NCBI RefSeq assembly: GCF_018977255.1
Contig: NW_024704742.1
Coordinates: 63,304,001-63,368,000, forward strand
Source: Callorhinchus milii
Lineage: Eukaryota
DNA: 64,000 nucleotides
Direction: 5' to 3'
Position 1 is the first letter of the stretch, and each line of letters begins with the position of its first letter. This document shows, one piece after another, positions 12,611-24,949 of this stretch. The position numbers and the translations under genes were made by a program. The notes beneath the pieces were generated by a model, which saw only the letters and a list, made by a program, of their open reading frames with translations, made no database searches and was not told the DNA's origin.

Positions 12611-13754
12611 ATTTTTGGGGAATATAGTTGTTGTTGTATTTCTTTAATTCACTTTTACGGATAGATACCAGCTCCCTCCTGCTCAGAACAAGATCAGAAT
12701 CCACATTTGTGATGGATAACATAAAATAATATTGTATTGCTGTAGTACTGTTGGACAATTTTATCTTATCACTTTCTATAGGACAGCCATAAAAGTAAAC
12801 ACAGAACACCATTGAAATTGATTTAACCATTTTCACTTCACAATACTCTGAAATGTCTGCCGTTATGTAACTAATATTACATGTGAAATGTTTCAGCTAC
12901 TTTTCAGGTTTATATTTACAACCCCATAAACGTGCATTGTTAGAGGAAGGAAATAAACAGTCCTTAGAAATCAAGTTGGTTACCAGCATAGATGTTTGTG
13001 GATGGTTAGGTTACAACAAGTTGCATTTATATAGCGCCCTTCACTTGCAGGGTAACATCTTGGAGCGCTCAATATTTCTCTATCCTTTGAAAGTAAGTGT
13101 GAAGCCAGAGTGAATAACATTTTGCAAGAATATTAACGGAATTGGATAATCGTTCCAGATCCCGGTGATGAAAAATCCATTTAAAAATAAATCATAACAT
13201 CCAAAGTCCCACACAAAAGTTATTTTTTAACCATTACAAAGTACCTTACAGCACAAATGAGCAGTGCAAGAGTTCAGAGATCTGTCTGTGAATCCACTAC
13301 TTCTTGAAAGTAATGGTTCATCAACAAATTGCTTCCCAGAGGAGGTCCTGCTTGTGCAAATGGATGTGGCACTGCATTAAGGTGTTTTTGGTGGAAAGGT
13401 TGATTTTCTTCCCTTCTCTTTCCCCCATCCAAAGGAAGCACCACGTTTATCAGCACAAGCATGAACCATGTGTCTGATACTCAAAGGATCTTCAGCAAGT
13501 GAACATGAAGCAACATGACTTGAGGGAAAGTGCGAAGATACAGGAATAATGTTAGTGGGCAGTGGGGTCCATACATTATTTATGCACATTAGACAGAAAA
13601 AAATGCATGTGATATAGTACCTTTGCATGCCATCGAACCATCTCATAGCACACAGCAATGATCGGCAAACAGACATTCTTTTTGTGGGTGGGTGGCAGGC
13701 TTGAGAGTAACCAAACCAAATTAAGAATTTGGAAACTCCAGAGATAACACAAAC

Positions 13755-13925
13755 AGCTACAAAGCAAATGACCAATTTTATCAGGATGGAATTGTTGGCA
13801 AGACACCAGGAGATATTTCTTTCTCCTTTTTAATAATGCCGTGGGGTCTTTAACGTCCACCTGAACAGGCAGATAGGACATCGGTTTAAAGTCTCATCTG
13901 AAGGATGGCACCTCGGACAAAGCAG
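13755..13925 (-). mobile_element. DeuSINE core fragment
   Basis: gccgtggggtctttaacgtccacctgaacaggcaga...ggtttaaagtctcatctgaaggatggcacctc. Confidence 0.75.
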
Positions 13926-14429
13926 AAGTCGCCAGCATGGAGGAGAGGAAAATGTTAGTAGCAGCTACCATATTATTCTGGCATTGAATAATTTAGGGAA
14001 AAAGAACACATCCAAGATATATCCATACACACTGGTTTGGGTACACTGGCAAGTAATGACAACAATTGTGCCAGGTTAGTGCCAGCAGCTAGGGAGGTCA
14101 AGCAATTAATAATAATTCTTGCATATCAATCATATAACACCTTATCACATCGTTGAGAAGTCTCAAAGCACTTAACAGAATATACTCTAAAGCAAATTAA
14201 ATGCGTATTTTGTGGGTGAAAAATTATGAAGATGTAAAGAAATGTTTGCAAGGAACTAATAGCAAAAAATTGTGAATACAGTACAATACAATTTACATTT
14301 ATACAGCAACTTTCACGTCAGGAGGCTATCCCAAAGTGAATTCACAATGCTGGATAGGCACCAGAGCTATGAGTGGGAGCTGAAGTTAACATGGGGAGGG
14401 AGTTAAAGAAGTTAACTCAGAAGCTGGAT

Positions 14430-15562
14430 GGACAGCTATCCAGCTATTGGCCCATCTCAAACGTTCCTTTCCGGTCCAAGGTCCTTCAAAGAGGCATTGC
14501 CTGCCAGCTTCGCTCTTTCTTCTCCTCCCACTCTCTCTATGAACCCCTCCAATCGGGTTTCTGTGCTGCCCACAGCACAGAAAGTGCTCTGGTCAAGGTC
14601 ACAAACGATATCCTGACCATGTGCGACCAGGGTTCCCCTTGCCTCCTCGTACTCCTCGACCTCTTGGCCGCCTTTGACACTGTGGATGACTCAATCCTCC
14701 TCCACCACCTCTCCTCCCACCTCAACCTTCAAGGTTCTGTCCTTGACTGGTTCAGGTCCTACCTTTCACACCACCTCCACTTTGTTGCAGCAAACGGCTT
14801 CTCCTCCAGCCCCCGCACAGTCTCGTGCAGTGTTCCTCAGGGCTCTGTCCTCGGTCCCCTCCTCTTCACCCTCTACATGCTCCCCCTTGGTGACATCATC
14901 TGCAGACATGGGGTACATTTCCACATGTATGCGGATGACACCCAACTCTATCTCTCTGCCTCCACCCTCAACTCCAGGACTACTGGCATTCTGACCGATT
15001 GCCTGTCCGACATCAAGTCCTGGACGAGGGATAACTTTCTCCAGCTGAACATCAGCAAGATTGAGGCCCTCCTGATTGGCTCGCGCCAGTGCCTCCGCAT
15101 CTCAGGCGCTGGCAGCATCAACATCCACGGCTGCACACCCAACCTCACGAAGCCAGTCAGGAACCTGGGTATCTTGTTTGACCCTGAACTGTCCTTTCTT
15201 CCCAACATCCGGCCATGACCGGTACTGCCTACCACCACCTCCGCAACATTGCTCCATATCTCCCGCCCGACCCGCCCTACCATCGGTGGCGGGCTTTCAG
15301 CCTCTTCTCTGCCCCCACACTCTGGAACTCCATCCCACAGTCCCTTCGCCTCGCTTCCTCCCTTGCCTCCTTCAAGACCGGTCTCAAGACCTTTCTCTTC
15401 GATTGTGCCTTTGGTTGCCCTCCCACCTCTCTGCCTTCCCTCACCCCTACACCACCCCTCCCCCATGTTCGGGTCCCGACCCCTGACTGCCCAGCGCTTT
15501 GGGACGTCCTCCCGACGTGAAAGGAGCTCTATAAATGTAAACTTGTTGCTGTTGTTGTTGTT
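14430..15562 (+). mobile_element. L2 LINE, 5'-truncated, with an open RT core (ORF 14373-15218)
   Basis: QSGF, STESAL, LLDLLAAFDTVD, VPQGSVLGPLLF and HMYADDTQLY motifs; (TTG)n tail. Confidence 0.92.
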
Positions 15563-16448
15563 AAAGAGGTACATTTTGAAATATATCTTGAAAAAGCGGA
15601 GGGAGCGAGAAAATCAGAAGGGCTGCTGGGATGGAGTTTCAGAGAGCGGGCAGAATGGCTGTATGCCTGCCCACTGATAATGAGGTGGGTAGGGCAGAGG
15701 ATACAAAGAAAGTCAGTGCTCGTGAGTGAAGGGAGAGAAATACAGAGGGAAATGCATGAGTATTCAAGACACCGATATGCAGTGAGAAATGGATGTCGCT
15801 GATGTAGAGTTCAAAAGAGCATAGAGTGTTTTCTTCTCGTGTTTCGCTATCCATCACTAAGCAGGTATTTGTTGGCATCTTGTAGAGAGACAGTTATGTA
15901 TCAATGACAATTGTGTAAATCTTCAGCTGTAAAGGACCTTGCTCGTGAATTTTATTTCTTTTGAAACTGTTTATACTTCAATTTTTCAGAAAGCAGAAAG
16001 ATAACCAGCAAGGCATAAAAGCAATTACGAGATTCAATCCTCTAACCTAACTGACAAAGATAAATACAGTAGATGGAACAACTGACTGCAGATAAGCAAG
16101 AGACTATTATCTGTTGCAAAGAAAAGCCAGATGTTAACTGGATGAGGACTGATCAAATGCACACATGCAGCTTGATGCCAAGAACAGACAGCAAACCTTA
16201 AGAAACTGATGGCCAACCATCGGCCCATGGGCCATAAGGTGCCACACCACACCCTTGGTAGTGACACACAACACATTTTAAAAATAACTCCAATAACAAT
16301 TACTGGATCCCACCCTGAAGTAACATCATTGCCGCATCGCATCGTATCACCCCGAACGCCAATCCAAGCTGTGAGCTGCAGCCTTTGAGTCAACTGTATT
16401 CAATTTTAATTGTTTGATCTTGCAAGTGTTTGATTTTTACCTCCAAAC

Positions 16449-17083
16449 ATGTCACTTAGTAAGCCTCGTATATCAAAAAGACAATATGAAGAAGACATGG
16501 CATTGAGAGAGCTTAATCCACCTTAGGAAGAACAGTTCTTGTTTTCACAAGGGAGAGCTTCAAACCCAGTGTGCTTGGTTTGTGGAGCCACAGTTGCGGT
16601 GCCTAAAAAGAATAATTTAGAGCGGCATTTTAAGCAAACACATGCTGAATTCAACACAAAATATCCTGTTGGATCGGCTTTGCGTGCAGATTTTATTTCT
16701 CCCTAAAAATTAGCCTTTCAGCACAACAGACGTTTTTTTATTAAAAAGAAAGAAATGACATTTATAGACGAGGCCTCCTATGATATTATGTCTTTGCTAC
16801 TAGCTTGGAAGAGAAAACCTTATTTAGATGGGGAAGCAGGAATTAAAGAGAGTCTGTTCATTTTTGCTGCACATATTGGTGATCCCAAAAAGAAAACAAC
16901 GGTAGATGAAATTGCGCTTTCCTGAAACATAGTTATGAGAAGGATTGATGAGATGTCTAGTGATGTGTCAAAGCAAATTATATTTTCTATCTCAGTCAGT
17001 AAGTAATTTTTATTACTACTGGATGAAAGTTGTGATTCAGCTGACAGGCACAGCTCAGTGTCTTTGTTAGGTGTATCAGGACT
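16449..17083 (+). pseudogene. hAT transposase segment 1 (BED finger, first catalytic D)
   Basis: PVCLVCGATVAVPKKNNLERHFKQTH; NIVMRRIDEMS; LDESCD...AQLSVFVR; has stops and frameshifts. Confidence 0.85.
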
Positions 17084-17462
17084 TGTGGAGTCCTGTAGCT
17101 CAGTGGTGTGGAGTCCTGTAGCTCAGTGGTTGTGGAGTCCTGTAGCTCAGTGGTTAGAGCACTCGCTTTGCAAGTGAGAGACCTGAGTTCAATTCCAGGC
17201 AGGTCAGGGCGAAACATTGGGCAAGTTTCCTTACTCCACACGCCTAATAATAATCCCTCCAAAAAAACAAAACAATAATAAATTGGTCATTTTCAATCTA
17301 CGACTGTTTGTGGGACATTGCTGTGCACAATTGGCTGCCGCGTTCGCCCACAAATATACAGTCAATTCACTTTACAGTGTGTTCTGTGAAGCGCTTTGGG
17401 ACGTCCTCCCGACGTGAAAAGCGCTATATCAAATGCAAGGATTATTATTATTATTATTATTA
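17084..17462 (+). mobile_element. Young tRNA-Ala-headed SINE (short form) with triplicated head
   Basis: A-box tagctcagtgg, ttgcaa loop, B-box gagttcaattcc, (TTA)n tail; acttgtg at 17081-17087 and 17463-17469. Confidence 0.92.
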
Positions 17463-18222
17463 ACTTGTGTAAAGAGCGGATGCTTCTGAAAAACTAAAAA
17501 AATGTATTGAGGACAATAAGCTTGACTGGTCCAAATAAAAGAGTATTTGTACAGATGGGGCACCTACTATGACTGGAAAGAGAAATGGTTGTGTTGCTTT
17601 GTTGGAAACGTTTTTGGACCGCAAGTTATTCAAGTACCATTAGTGCATCAGAGAGCTCTTTGTGCCAAACACTTGGAGTTCTCTTGAGTACTTGATCCTA
17701 GGGTGCGTCGCATAAACATAATTTGTGCATGTGCATTAAACCACCGGGAATTTCAACTTGTTTGATGAAGACATAAATGAGGAAGAGGAGTTACTGCTTC
17801 ATTGCAATGTTTGTTGGCTATCGAAGGGGAAGGCTCTTGAAATGTTTTGGAATTTAGAAGAAAAGAAAGTGCTTATGTTTTTGGAGGAGAAGGGAGAACT
17901 TCTTGTAGACTACAAGCTCCTTCAAGACAAAGCCTAGCTCAATGACCTTGATTTCCTTACAGACATTACTGGTCATTCTAACAACCTCATTGCACGTTTG
18001 CAAGTAAAGGATTGCCTTTTTCCAACTCTTTTTAATTTAATTCCAGCTTTCAAGGCCAAACTTAACCTTTTGTTGAATGATTTGTCTAAAAAAATTGGAT
18101 CAGTTAGTTCACTTGCAACAATTAAAAAGTGACAGTAATGTAATTGTCAATTTTTAAAAATATCAGAGCGCGATTTCATCATTAATTAATTCCTTTGATG
18201 CCCATTTTTAAGATTTCAAAGA
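17463..18222 (+). pseudogene. hAT transposase segment 2
   Basis: ICTDGAPTMTGK, HQRALCAK, LNHREF, LLLHCNVCWLSKGKAL, FLTDITGH, LQVK. Confidence 0.85.
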
Positions 18223-20612
18223 AAACAACAACTTGGATTTATATAGCACCCTCCACGCTGGACAGCGTCTCAGAGCGCTTTACAGTAACGGATCCCGGGA
18301 CCGAGACAGGGGGAGGGGGAGGAAGGTGATCAAAGGAGCAGTCGAAAAGAAAGGTCTTCAGCAGAGAACTGAACATGGGAAGGGAGGGAGCGGGACGAAG
18401 GGAGTGAGGAAGGCAGTTCCAGAGCCTTGGGGCATAGTGGCTGAAGGCACGGCCGCCGAGGGTGGAGCGGAGGACTCGGGGGACGAGGAGGAGGCCAGAC
18501 CCGGAGGAACAAAGGCAACGGGTACTGCTCTGAGGAGAGAGGAGGTCAGAGAGGTAGAGGGTTGCAGAGGAGTGCAGGGACTTGAATACAAGGATAAGGA
18601 TTTTGAAATCGATCCTCTCTGGGATAGGCAGCCAGTGCAGTCTGGCAAGGACTGGGGTGATCACGGAGCAGAGTTTCGTGTGGGTGAGAATGCGGGCGGC
18701 AGAGTTTTGAATGGTTTGGATTTTATGGATGGTAGTGGATGGGAGACCGGCGAGGAGGGCGTTAGAGTAGTCCAGCCAAGAGGTGACAAAGGCATGGAGC
18801 AGAGTTTCAGTGGCTTTTGGGAAAGGTATTGGCAGAGAAGGGCAATGCGGAGGTGATAGAAAGCTGCACTGGTGAGGGATAGGATGTGGGGGAGGAAGGA
18901 TGATTGGGGGTCGAACCTGACGCCTATGTTGTGTATGGGTTCGTAGAGTTTTAGGGGAAGGTCGGGTAGATGGAGGAGCTGAGAGCCGCGAGATTTTAGA
19001 TGTTGACGAGAGCCAAAGAGTATGGCTTCCGTCTTGTCAACATTCAGCTGAAGGAAGTTTGCGCTCATCCAACCCCTGAGATCTGACAGGCAGGCTGACA
19101 GAACATCAGGAGACTGGGGGTCGCAAACAGAGGTGGAAAAATAGAGTTGGGTGTCATCTGCAAACATGTGGAAATGTACCCCATGTCTGCGGATAACATC
19201 CCCAAAAGGGAGCATCTAGATCAGAAAGAGGAGGGGGCCAAGGATGGATCCTTGGGGTACCCCGCAGGTGACCGGGTGAGAGCAGGAGTAGAAGCCGTTT
19301 GTGCAGATATACTGCTGGCGGTTTATGAGGTAGGATTCGAACCAGACGAGTGCAGTCCCACTGAGGTGGATGATGGAGGACAGGCGGTGTAGGAGGATGG
19401 CGTGATCGACTGTGTTGAACGAGGCGGAGAGGTCCAGGAGGACAAGGAGGCAGAGGGAGCTCTGGTCACCGATAGAGAAGATGTTTTTTGTGACTTTCAC
19501 AAGCGCAGTCTCTGTACTGTGGGCGGAAACCGGACTGGAGGGGTTCGAAGAGGGAGTGGGAGGAGAGGTGTGCGCGGAGTTGATTGGCAACAATGCGTTC
19601 TAGAACTTTTGAGAGGAAGGGCAGGTTAGAAATGGGGCGGTAGTGGGTGGGGTTTGAGGGATCTAAGGAAGGTTTTTTCAGGAGGGGTGTGGGATGACAG
19701 CAGTTTTGAGGGAGGCAGGGACTGATCCAGAGGGGAGGGACTGGTTGATGATGTCAGCCAGTAGTGGGCAGAGGAGGGAGAGCTGGGTGACCAGTAAGTT
19801 AGTGGGGAAGGGGTCGAGGCAGCAGGTGGTGGGTTTCATGGAGGTGATGGTGGGTGAGAGGAAGGAGGGAGAGATGGGGAGGAAGGAATGTAGAATGGGG
19901 GTGACGGTAGGAGCAGATGATGAGGAAGGTGAGGGGGACAGAGAGGGTGAGGTGGTGGGTGACAAGGTGCAGGTGGATGAGGCTGCCTGGCGGATGTTAA
20001 CAATTTTAGAAGAAAAGACATCCATGACCTCCTCACACTTGGCATTTGATACGAAGATTGAGGAGGTCTGAGGGGGGGGCACGGAGGAGGTAGTCGGTGG
20101 TGGAAAAAAGGATTTTAGGGTTGTGTTTAGCCTCCAAGATGATGTTGGAGTAGAAGGCCGCTTTTGCACGGCGGTAGCTGTGGAGATGCTCGAGCCACAG
20201 TTGGGGTGAACTGTCAGGCCAGTTTTCTGGCATCTGCGCTCGAGAAGATGGGTTTGGTTTTTTTTGGCGGCGGAGATTGTTGTTGTACCAGGGGGATCGG
20301 GTGGGTTTGGAGATGGTCCTGGATTTCAGGGGCACGAGGGAGTTGAAGGTGAAGGAGAGGCGATCATGGAGCAGCTGGACAGCTGCTTCAGGATCTCCGC
20401 GGGTGGAGGGCCAGAGTGATAGGATGTTTGGTGATGAGAGGGCCTTTGTGAGGGTCTCAGGGGGTAGCCTTTTCCAAGGGTGGTAGAGGATGGTTGAGAG
20501 CTTGGTGGAGGAGAGAGGGATGTGGGAGGAGAAGGAAATGAAAAAGTGGTCTGAGATGGCCTTGTCCACTATGCTGAGGTCAGAAATGTCAAGGCCGTGG
20601 GTGATGATGAGA
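18223..20612 (-). mobile_element. L2 LINE ~2.4 kb (end of APE, RT, 3' tail), frameshifted
   Basis: AISDHFFI, PWYN, DPFPT, GVPQGSILGPLLF, HMFADDTQLY and LHWLPIPERIDFKIL motifs; TSD caaaga. Confidence 0.93.
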
Positions 20613-20982
20613 CAAAGACTACGTAGCACTTTTCACCAAACTTTTCTTTTTTTCAGACACCGACGTTGATCATTATCCACCAGAAATGCAGTTGGAAATT
20701 TTGGAACTTAAAAATCATTCAGGCCTACATAGCAAATATAAAGAACTGTGTGCTTCTCCAGTAAGCCAAGACTTTAAGTCATTTTGGAAATCTTGGATAT
20801 ATGTATAGATTTGAATCCACCTACACTTGTGAGCAGTTCTTTTCCATCATGAACTTGATAAACAATAATTACTATTCCAAACTAACAGATCATCACCTTA
20901 ATAATCTTCTACTGGTGTGTTCAAAACTAAATCCAAATATTAAAGATATAATGAACAAAAAAGAAATTCGGAAGCCTCATTA
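20613..20982 (+). pseudogene. hAT transposase segment 3 (C-terminal dimerisation domain)
   Basis: PPEMQLEILELK; FESTYTCEQFFSIMN...SKLTDHHL...KPH*. Confidence 0.85.
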
Positions 20983-21054
20983 AGTAACTTGTTTGATATT
21001 TCATTGTGAATTTCTCAGTAAATGCATCTTTCTTTTCGAATAATATTTTCCTTT

Positions 21055-21925
21055 TCTCCACACAGGGTAGCATCTCAGAGCACTTAACGATGGCGGAGCC
21101 TGAGTCCCAGCCAGGGGGGTGGGAGAAGTGGCTGTAAACACGGTTGAAGAGGAAGGTTTTCAGGCAAGACTTGAAATAGGGGAGAGAGGGAACAAAACGG
21201 AGGGATTGAGGGACACTATTCCAGAGTTTTGGGGTGTAGTGGCTTGAAAGCACGACCTCTGATGGTGGGGCAGAGGATGTGAGGGATGAGCAGCAGTACG
21301 GTGCCAGTCGAGCGGATGCCCTGGGTGGTGGATTGGGGAGCGAGGGGGTCGGAGAGGTAGGGAGAGTGAAGGGATTTGAACACGAATGTGATGATCTTGA
21401 AGTTGATCCATTCAGTGATGGGGAGCCATTGGAGCCTGGCCAGAATTGATGAGATGTGAGTACGGAGTTTTGTCCGGGTCAGTATGTGGGTGGCAGAGAT
21501 CTGAATGAGCTGGATCTTTTGATTTATGTTTATGGCTTCTGCCTTGTCCACATTCAGCTGCAGGAAGTTTGCACTCATGTCTGCCAGACAAGCTAATAGA
21601 ACATTGGCGGACCTGGACTCGATGCTGGAGGAGGCAAAGTAGATTTGTGTGTCATCTGCATACATGTGGAAGTTTACCATGTGTCTATGGATGATATCAC
21701 CCAGAGGGAGTATATAGATGATGGAGCCCTGGGTACCCTGCAGGTGACCAGGTGTGGGCAGGAGGAGAAACCATTCGCTGAGCTGAAATGAAGGCCGTAG
21801 TTAAATAGGACTTGAACCATGCGAGTGCGGTCCCACTAAGGTCGATGAGGGAGGCGAGGCGGTGGAGGAGGATAGCGTGATCAACTGTGTCGAATGCTGC
21901 AATGAGATTCAGGAGGACGAGAAGT
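21055..21925 (-). mobile_element. L2 LINE fragment
   Basis: [25 protein letters not shown] and LQWLP motifs. Confidence 0.88.
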
Positions 21926-22344
21926 TCAGGAGGGAATCTATGCAATGCAAGGATTATTATTCATCTTAAATTTTAACAGACTACTCCTGAGGCTAACACC
22001 ATAAGAACTGTTCGGTCTGCAATCTTTTGTGCAGATTAAGCAACACATTTGCAAGTAATGTTAACTAGTATCTGATTGTTAGCTTTATCGTTGTAGCAAT
22101 GGTAAATTAAATCCGGTGGAAGCTGTAAATTGAACACAATCACTTTGGAGCACTCGTTTATTGCTGTAAATCTGTCTAAAGTACCTCTGTGCCTCCACAA
22201 CACACAGATGAAAGCCCACTTGCTATTTAAATAGGTTCTCTCGGTAACACCCATTCTTTAATACTTAGCAACAATAATAATTGTTGCACTTGGTCAGCAC
22301 CTACTGTAGGATGCAACACCTACAAAGTCAAAACATCTCATCAT

Positions 22345-22705
22345 TTCACAGATAATTGCTGTCAAGTGAAGTTACTGTATGGGCGAACACAGCAGCCAAT
22401 TTGCACACAGATTCCTACCAACAGCAAGTATGAAGTGACTAATCAATTTATCTGGAGGAATTGTTAGCCAGGTCACCAAATGAAACTTGCTTCTCCTTTG
22501 AATAGGGAAGCAGAATCTGTAACAGCCATCTGAACAAGACCTTGGTTCTAGGCGAGACCTTGGTTCAGTGTATCATCTGAAAGACAGCACCTCCAACACA
22601 GCAGAGTAATGTTCTGTAGCATCAGCCCAGATGGTATTTCAAATATCAACTCACTACCTTCTGGGCAAATGTCCCAGAAGTGGCAATGCTACAACTGAGC
22701 TAAAC
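22345..22705 (-). mobile_element. DeuSINE, degenerate
   Basis: gcagccaatttgcacacag...tcatctgaaagacagcacctcc...caactgagcta. Confidence 0.65.
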
Positions 22706-22764
22706 TGCAACCCCATGTGATAAAGGAAGAGTGAGAGCATGCAAATTACACAAAGTGAATTCAG

Positions 22765-23140
22765 TTTTTTTTGATCAGCCGGGTATCTGACACATGCTGA
22801 AACCCATCACCATGCTTCAGAGTATCCAAACGAGATTGAGAATTCAACATGTGAATTTCACCTACACATGGAAATTTGCATGTCTAGAATGAAATGTGCA
22901 CTCTCCTCTAATTCCAAAGAGTATTAGGCACAGGTAGGCAATAGCAAAGCTTGTGGACCCAAGAGTGTGTATTGGAATGCTGGAGTTCACCTCCTCCCAC
23001 TCCCCGGCTCAGTGTTGGGCTCCGCCACTGTTAAGCTCTCCGAGACGCTGCCCAGCATGAAGAATGCCATTTAAATATAAGATGTTATTGTGTAGCCAGT
23101 GATGCTTCCAATTTAAAGTGTTTTCTGGCAAGCTTTCCAC
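22765..23140 (-). repeat. Family U repeat interrupted by an L2 tail (+, ~22990-23090)
   Basis: ttttttttgatcagccgggtatctgacac...aaacccatcaccatgctt; resumes at gcaagctttcca. Confidence 0.7.
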
Positions 23141-24384
23141 TATTTGTCCAGCTAGGACTGCCCTGCCTATTTGACTTTGTGAACCATGAATATAGCAAGA
23201 GATATTTCAAAATATTCCCCTGCAGTTAAAATCATATTTCTTTGAGATTTGTTTTGTGCTGTTCTATCGAAGCCGCTTACAGCTATTAGAGAAAATTGCC
23301 CAGCTTTTTATCAACTTTGATTATTTGCTAAGAAAAATCAATCCTCACGGGCTTGTTTATGCAAAATTGCTGTGAAATTAAATGAATCAGAACTGATTCT
23401 GTTTGTGTTCAGTTATTGCTGCCTTGATCAAACTGCCTTCTCTTATCCGGCTTCTCATCAGAAGACGAATAGTGGGCACAGCATGATTGAACGCTGTCTG
23501 CTTGCTGATTTATTAGACAATTACAGATGTAATTACAGATGTATTGGAAAATAAATTGAACTGAAATTAAGTTGTCAAAGATTTTCGTCCTAGGACACAG
23601 GAGAAACTCCCTTATAGGGAGTTTCTTTCTCACTGGGAGAAATTCCTTTTTAGTTTTGCATAATGCCAAGGAACTTTCAACATACAACTAAGCAGGCAAT
23701 CAGGACCTCATTTTATCTTCTCACCTGACACAGCTCGGTTGATCTTTGAAACTTGTGCAAAGCCGAGGGGGTGGGGTGTCTTCAGTGAATGAATGTGTAT
23801 CAATGGGTGGGGGATGTTTGCAGTGGAGGCAGAAGGGTTGAGAGTGCTACTAAAGTGGGCAGTGAGATATGAGTATATCAGTGAGTGTGATGAGTAATGT
23901 TAATAATCCTCCCATTTGATAAGGCACCTTATCACATATTTGAAACGTCTCAAAGTGCTTCACAGGACTTTACTGTAAAGTGTAGTGACTGTGTGTTTGT
24001 AGTTATGTGTAGGCATGGTATACTGATCTGCTTTATGTTTAGGTCTTTAAATATAACCTTGTTCTGGAAAGTCTAATATTATCAATGTGCACATAAAATC
24101 TAAGCTTGTAAAATTCTTGAATTCAAGTCTTAATTTGAAAACTAGATTTCCAAATGTCGTACTCATTTCTATTTAGAATTATTTCTCCATAAATAGTGTT
24201 ACCATCAGCATGCAACACCCAGCCAAATAATATAACCCAAATTTCTGTTGAAAGCAAAGGGAATCATTACGATATAATGCAATTTACATTTATATAGCAC
24301 CTTTCATGTCGGGAGGACATCTCAAAAGCTTTGTATCAGATCACAAGTGGGAGGAACGTAAATGTGGTGCTGGTTAATAACAAA

Positions 24385-24745
24385 CAGCCTTGGAATCAGC
24401 CTGGTTCAGTTGATAGCATGCTTGCCTTTGAGTCAGAAGGTTGCGGGTTCAAGCTCCATGCAGTGCTCGGGGTGTGCTGCACTGTTGGAGGTGTTGTCCT
24501 TCAGATGAGATGTTAAACTGCGATCATGCCTGTTCAGGTGGATGTTGAACATCCCATGACACTGGTGGAAAAGTGAGAGGATCCTAATGTCTTGCCCATC
24601 AATCCTCCAAATAAAAATTGGTCACTGACTTCAAGACTGTTTGTGGGACATTGCTATGCACAAATTAGCTGCTGTGTCTGCTTACAAGTACATCACCAAA
24701 ACACTTTACGGTAAATCCTGTGAAGAGCTTTGAGATATCATTTGG
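24385..24745 (+). mobile_element. DeuSINE
   Basis: tttgagtcagaaggttgcgggttcaagc...cttcagatgagatgttaaac...gctatgcacaaattagctgc. Confidence 0.8.
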
Positions 24746-24949
24746 TATTCTACACTCTTACGAAAAAAAACACCTGGACATTTTTACTTTTGAACAGTCC
24801 CTGTCTCACCCCAGTAGTATTTAAGCCCTCAAAGACACTAACCTGCAAGACGGACGCTACATAAATGCAAATTGTTGTGGTTGTATTTGTGACCCACATC
24901 CATTTATTAGAGCAGTTAATATGAAGCTTGGTGGGTTAGAAGGTTATAT

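Larger units (their letters stand above)
16204..20982 (+). mobile_element. Decayed hAT DNA transposon (GTF2IRD2/SPIN/Buster-like), split by a SINE and an L2
   Basis: Transposase motifs in the correct order across three segments. Putative left end tgatggccaacc..cggccc.tgggcc near 16204; no right terminal inverted repeat seen. Confidence 0.85.

Noticed and set aside
14373..15218. 281-aa RT ORF as a functional gene or retron-like system
   Set aside because: 5'-truncated L2 ORF2 fragment; its N-terminus comes from unrelated flanking sequence.
17084..17153. Short direct repeats that superficially resemble a CRISPR array
   Set aside because: No spacers, no cas genes, eukaryotic context; it is a triplicated SINE head.
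18233..18856. 207-aa plus-strand ORF and similar G/R/E-rich ORFs (14948-15574, 19694-20071, 58864-59367)
   Set aside because: Antisense shadows of C-rich L2 sequence.
16449..20982. Domesticated GTF2IRD2/EPM2AIP1-like host gene
   Set aside because: Multiple stops, frameshifts and two retroelement insertions.
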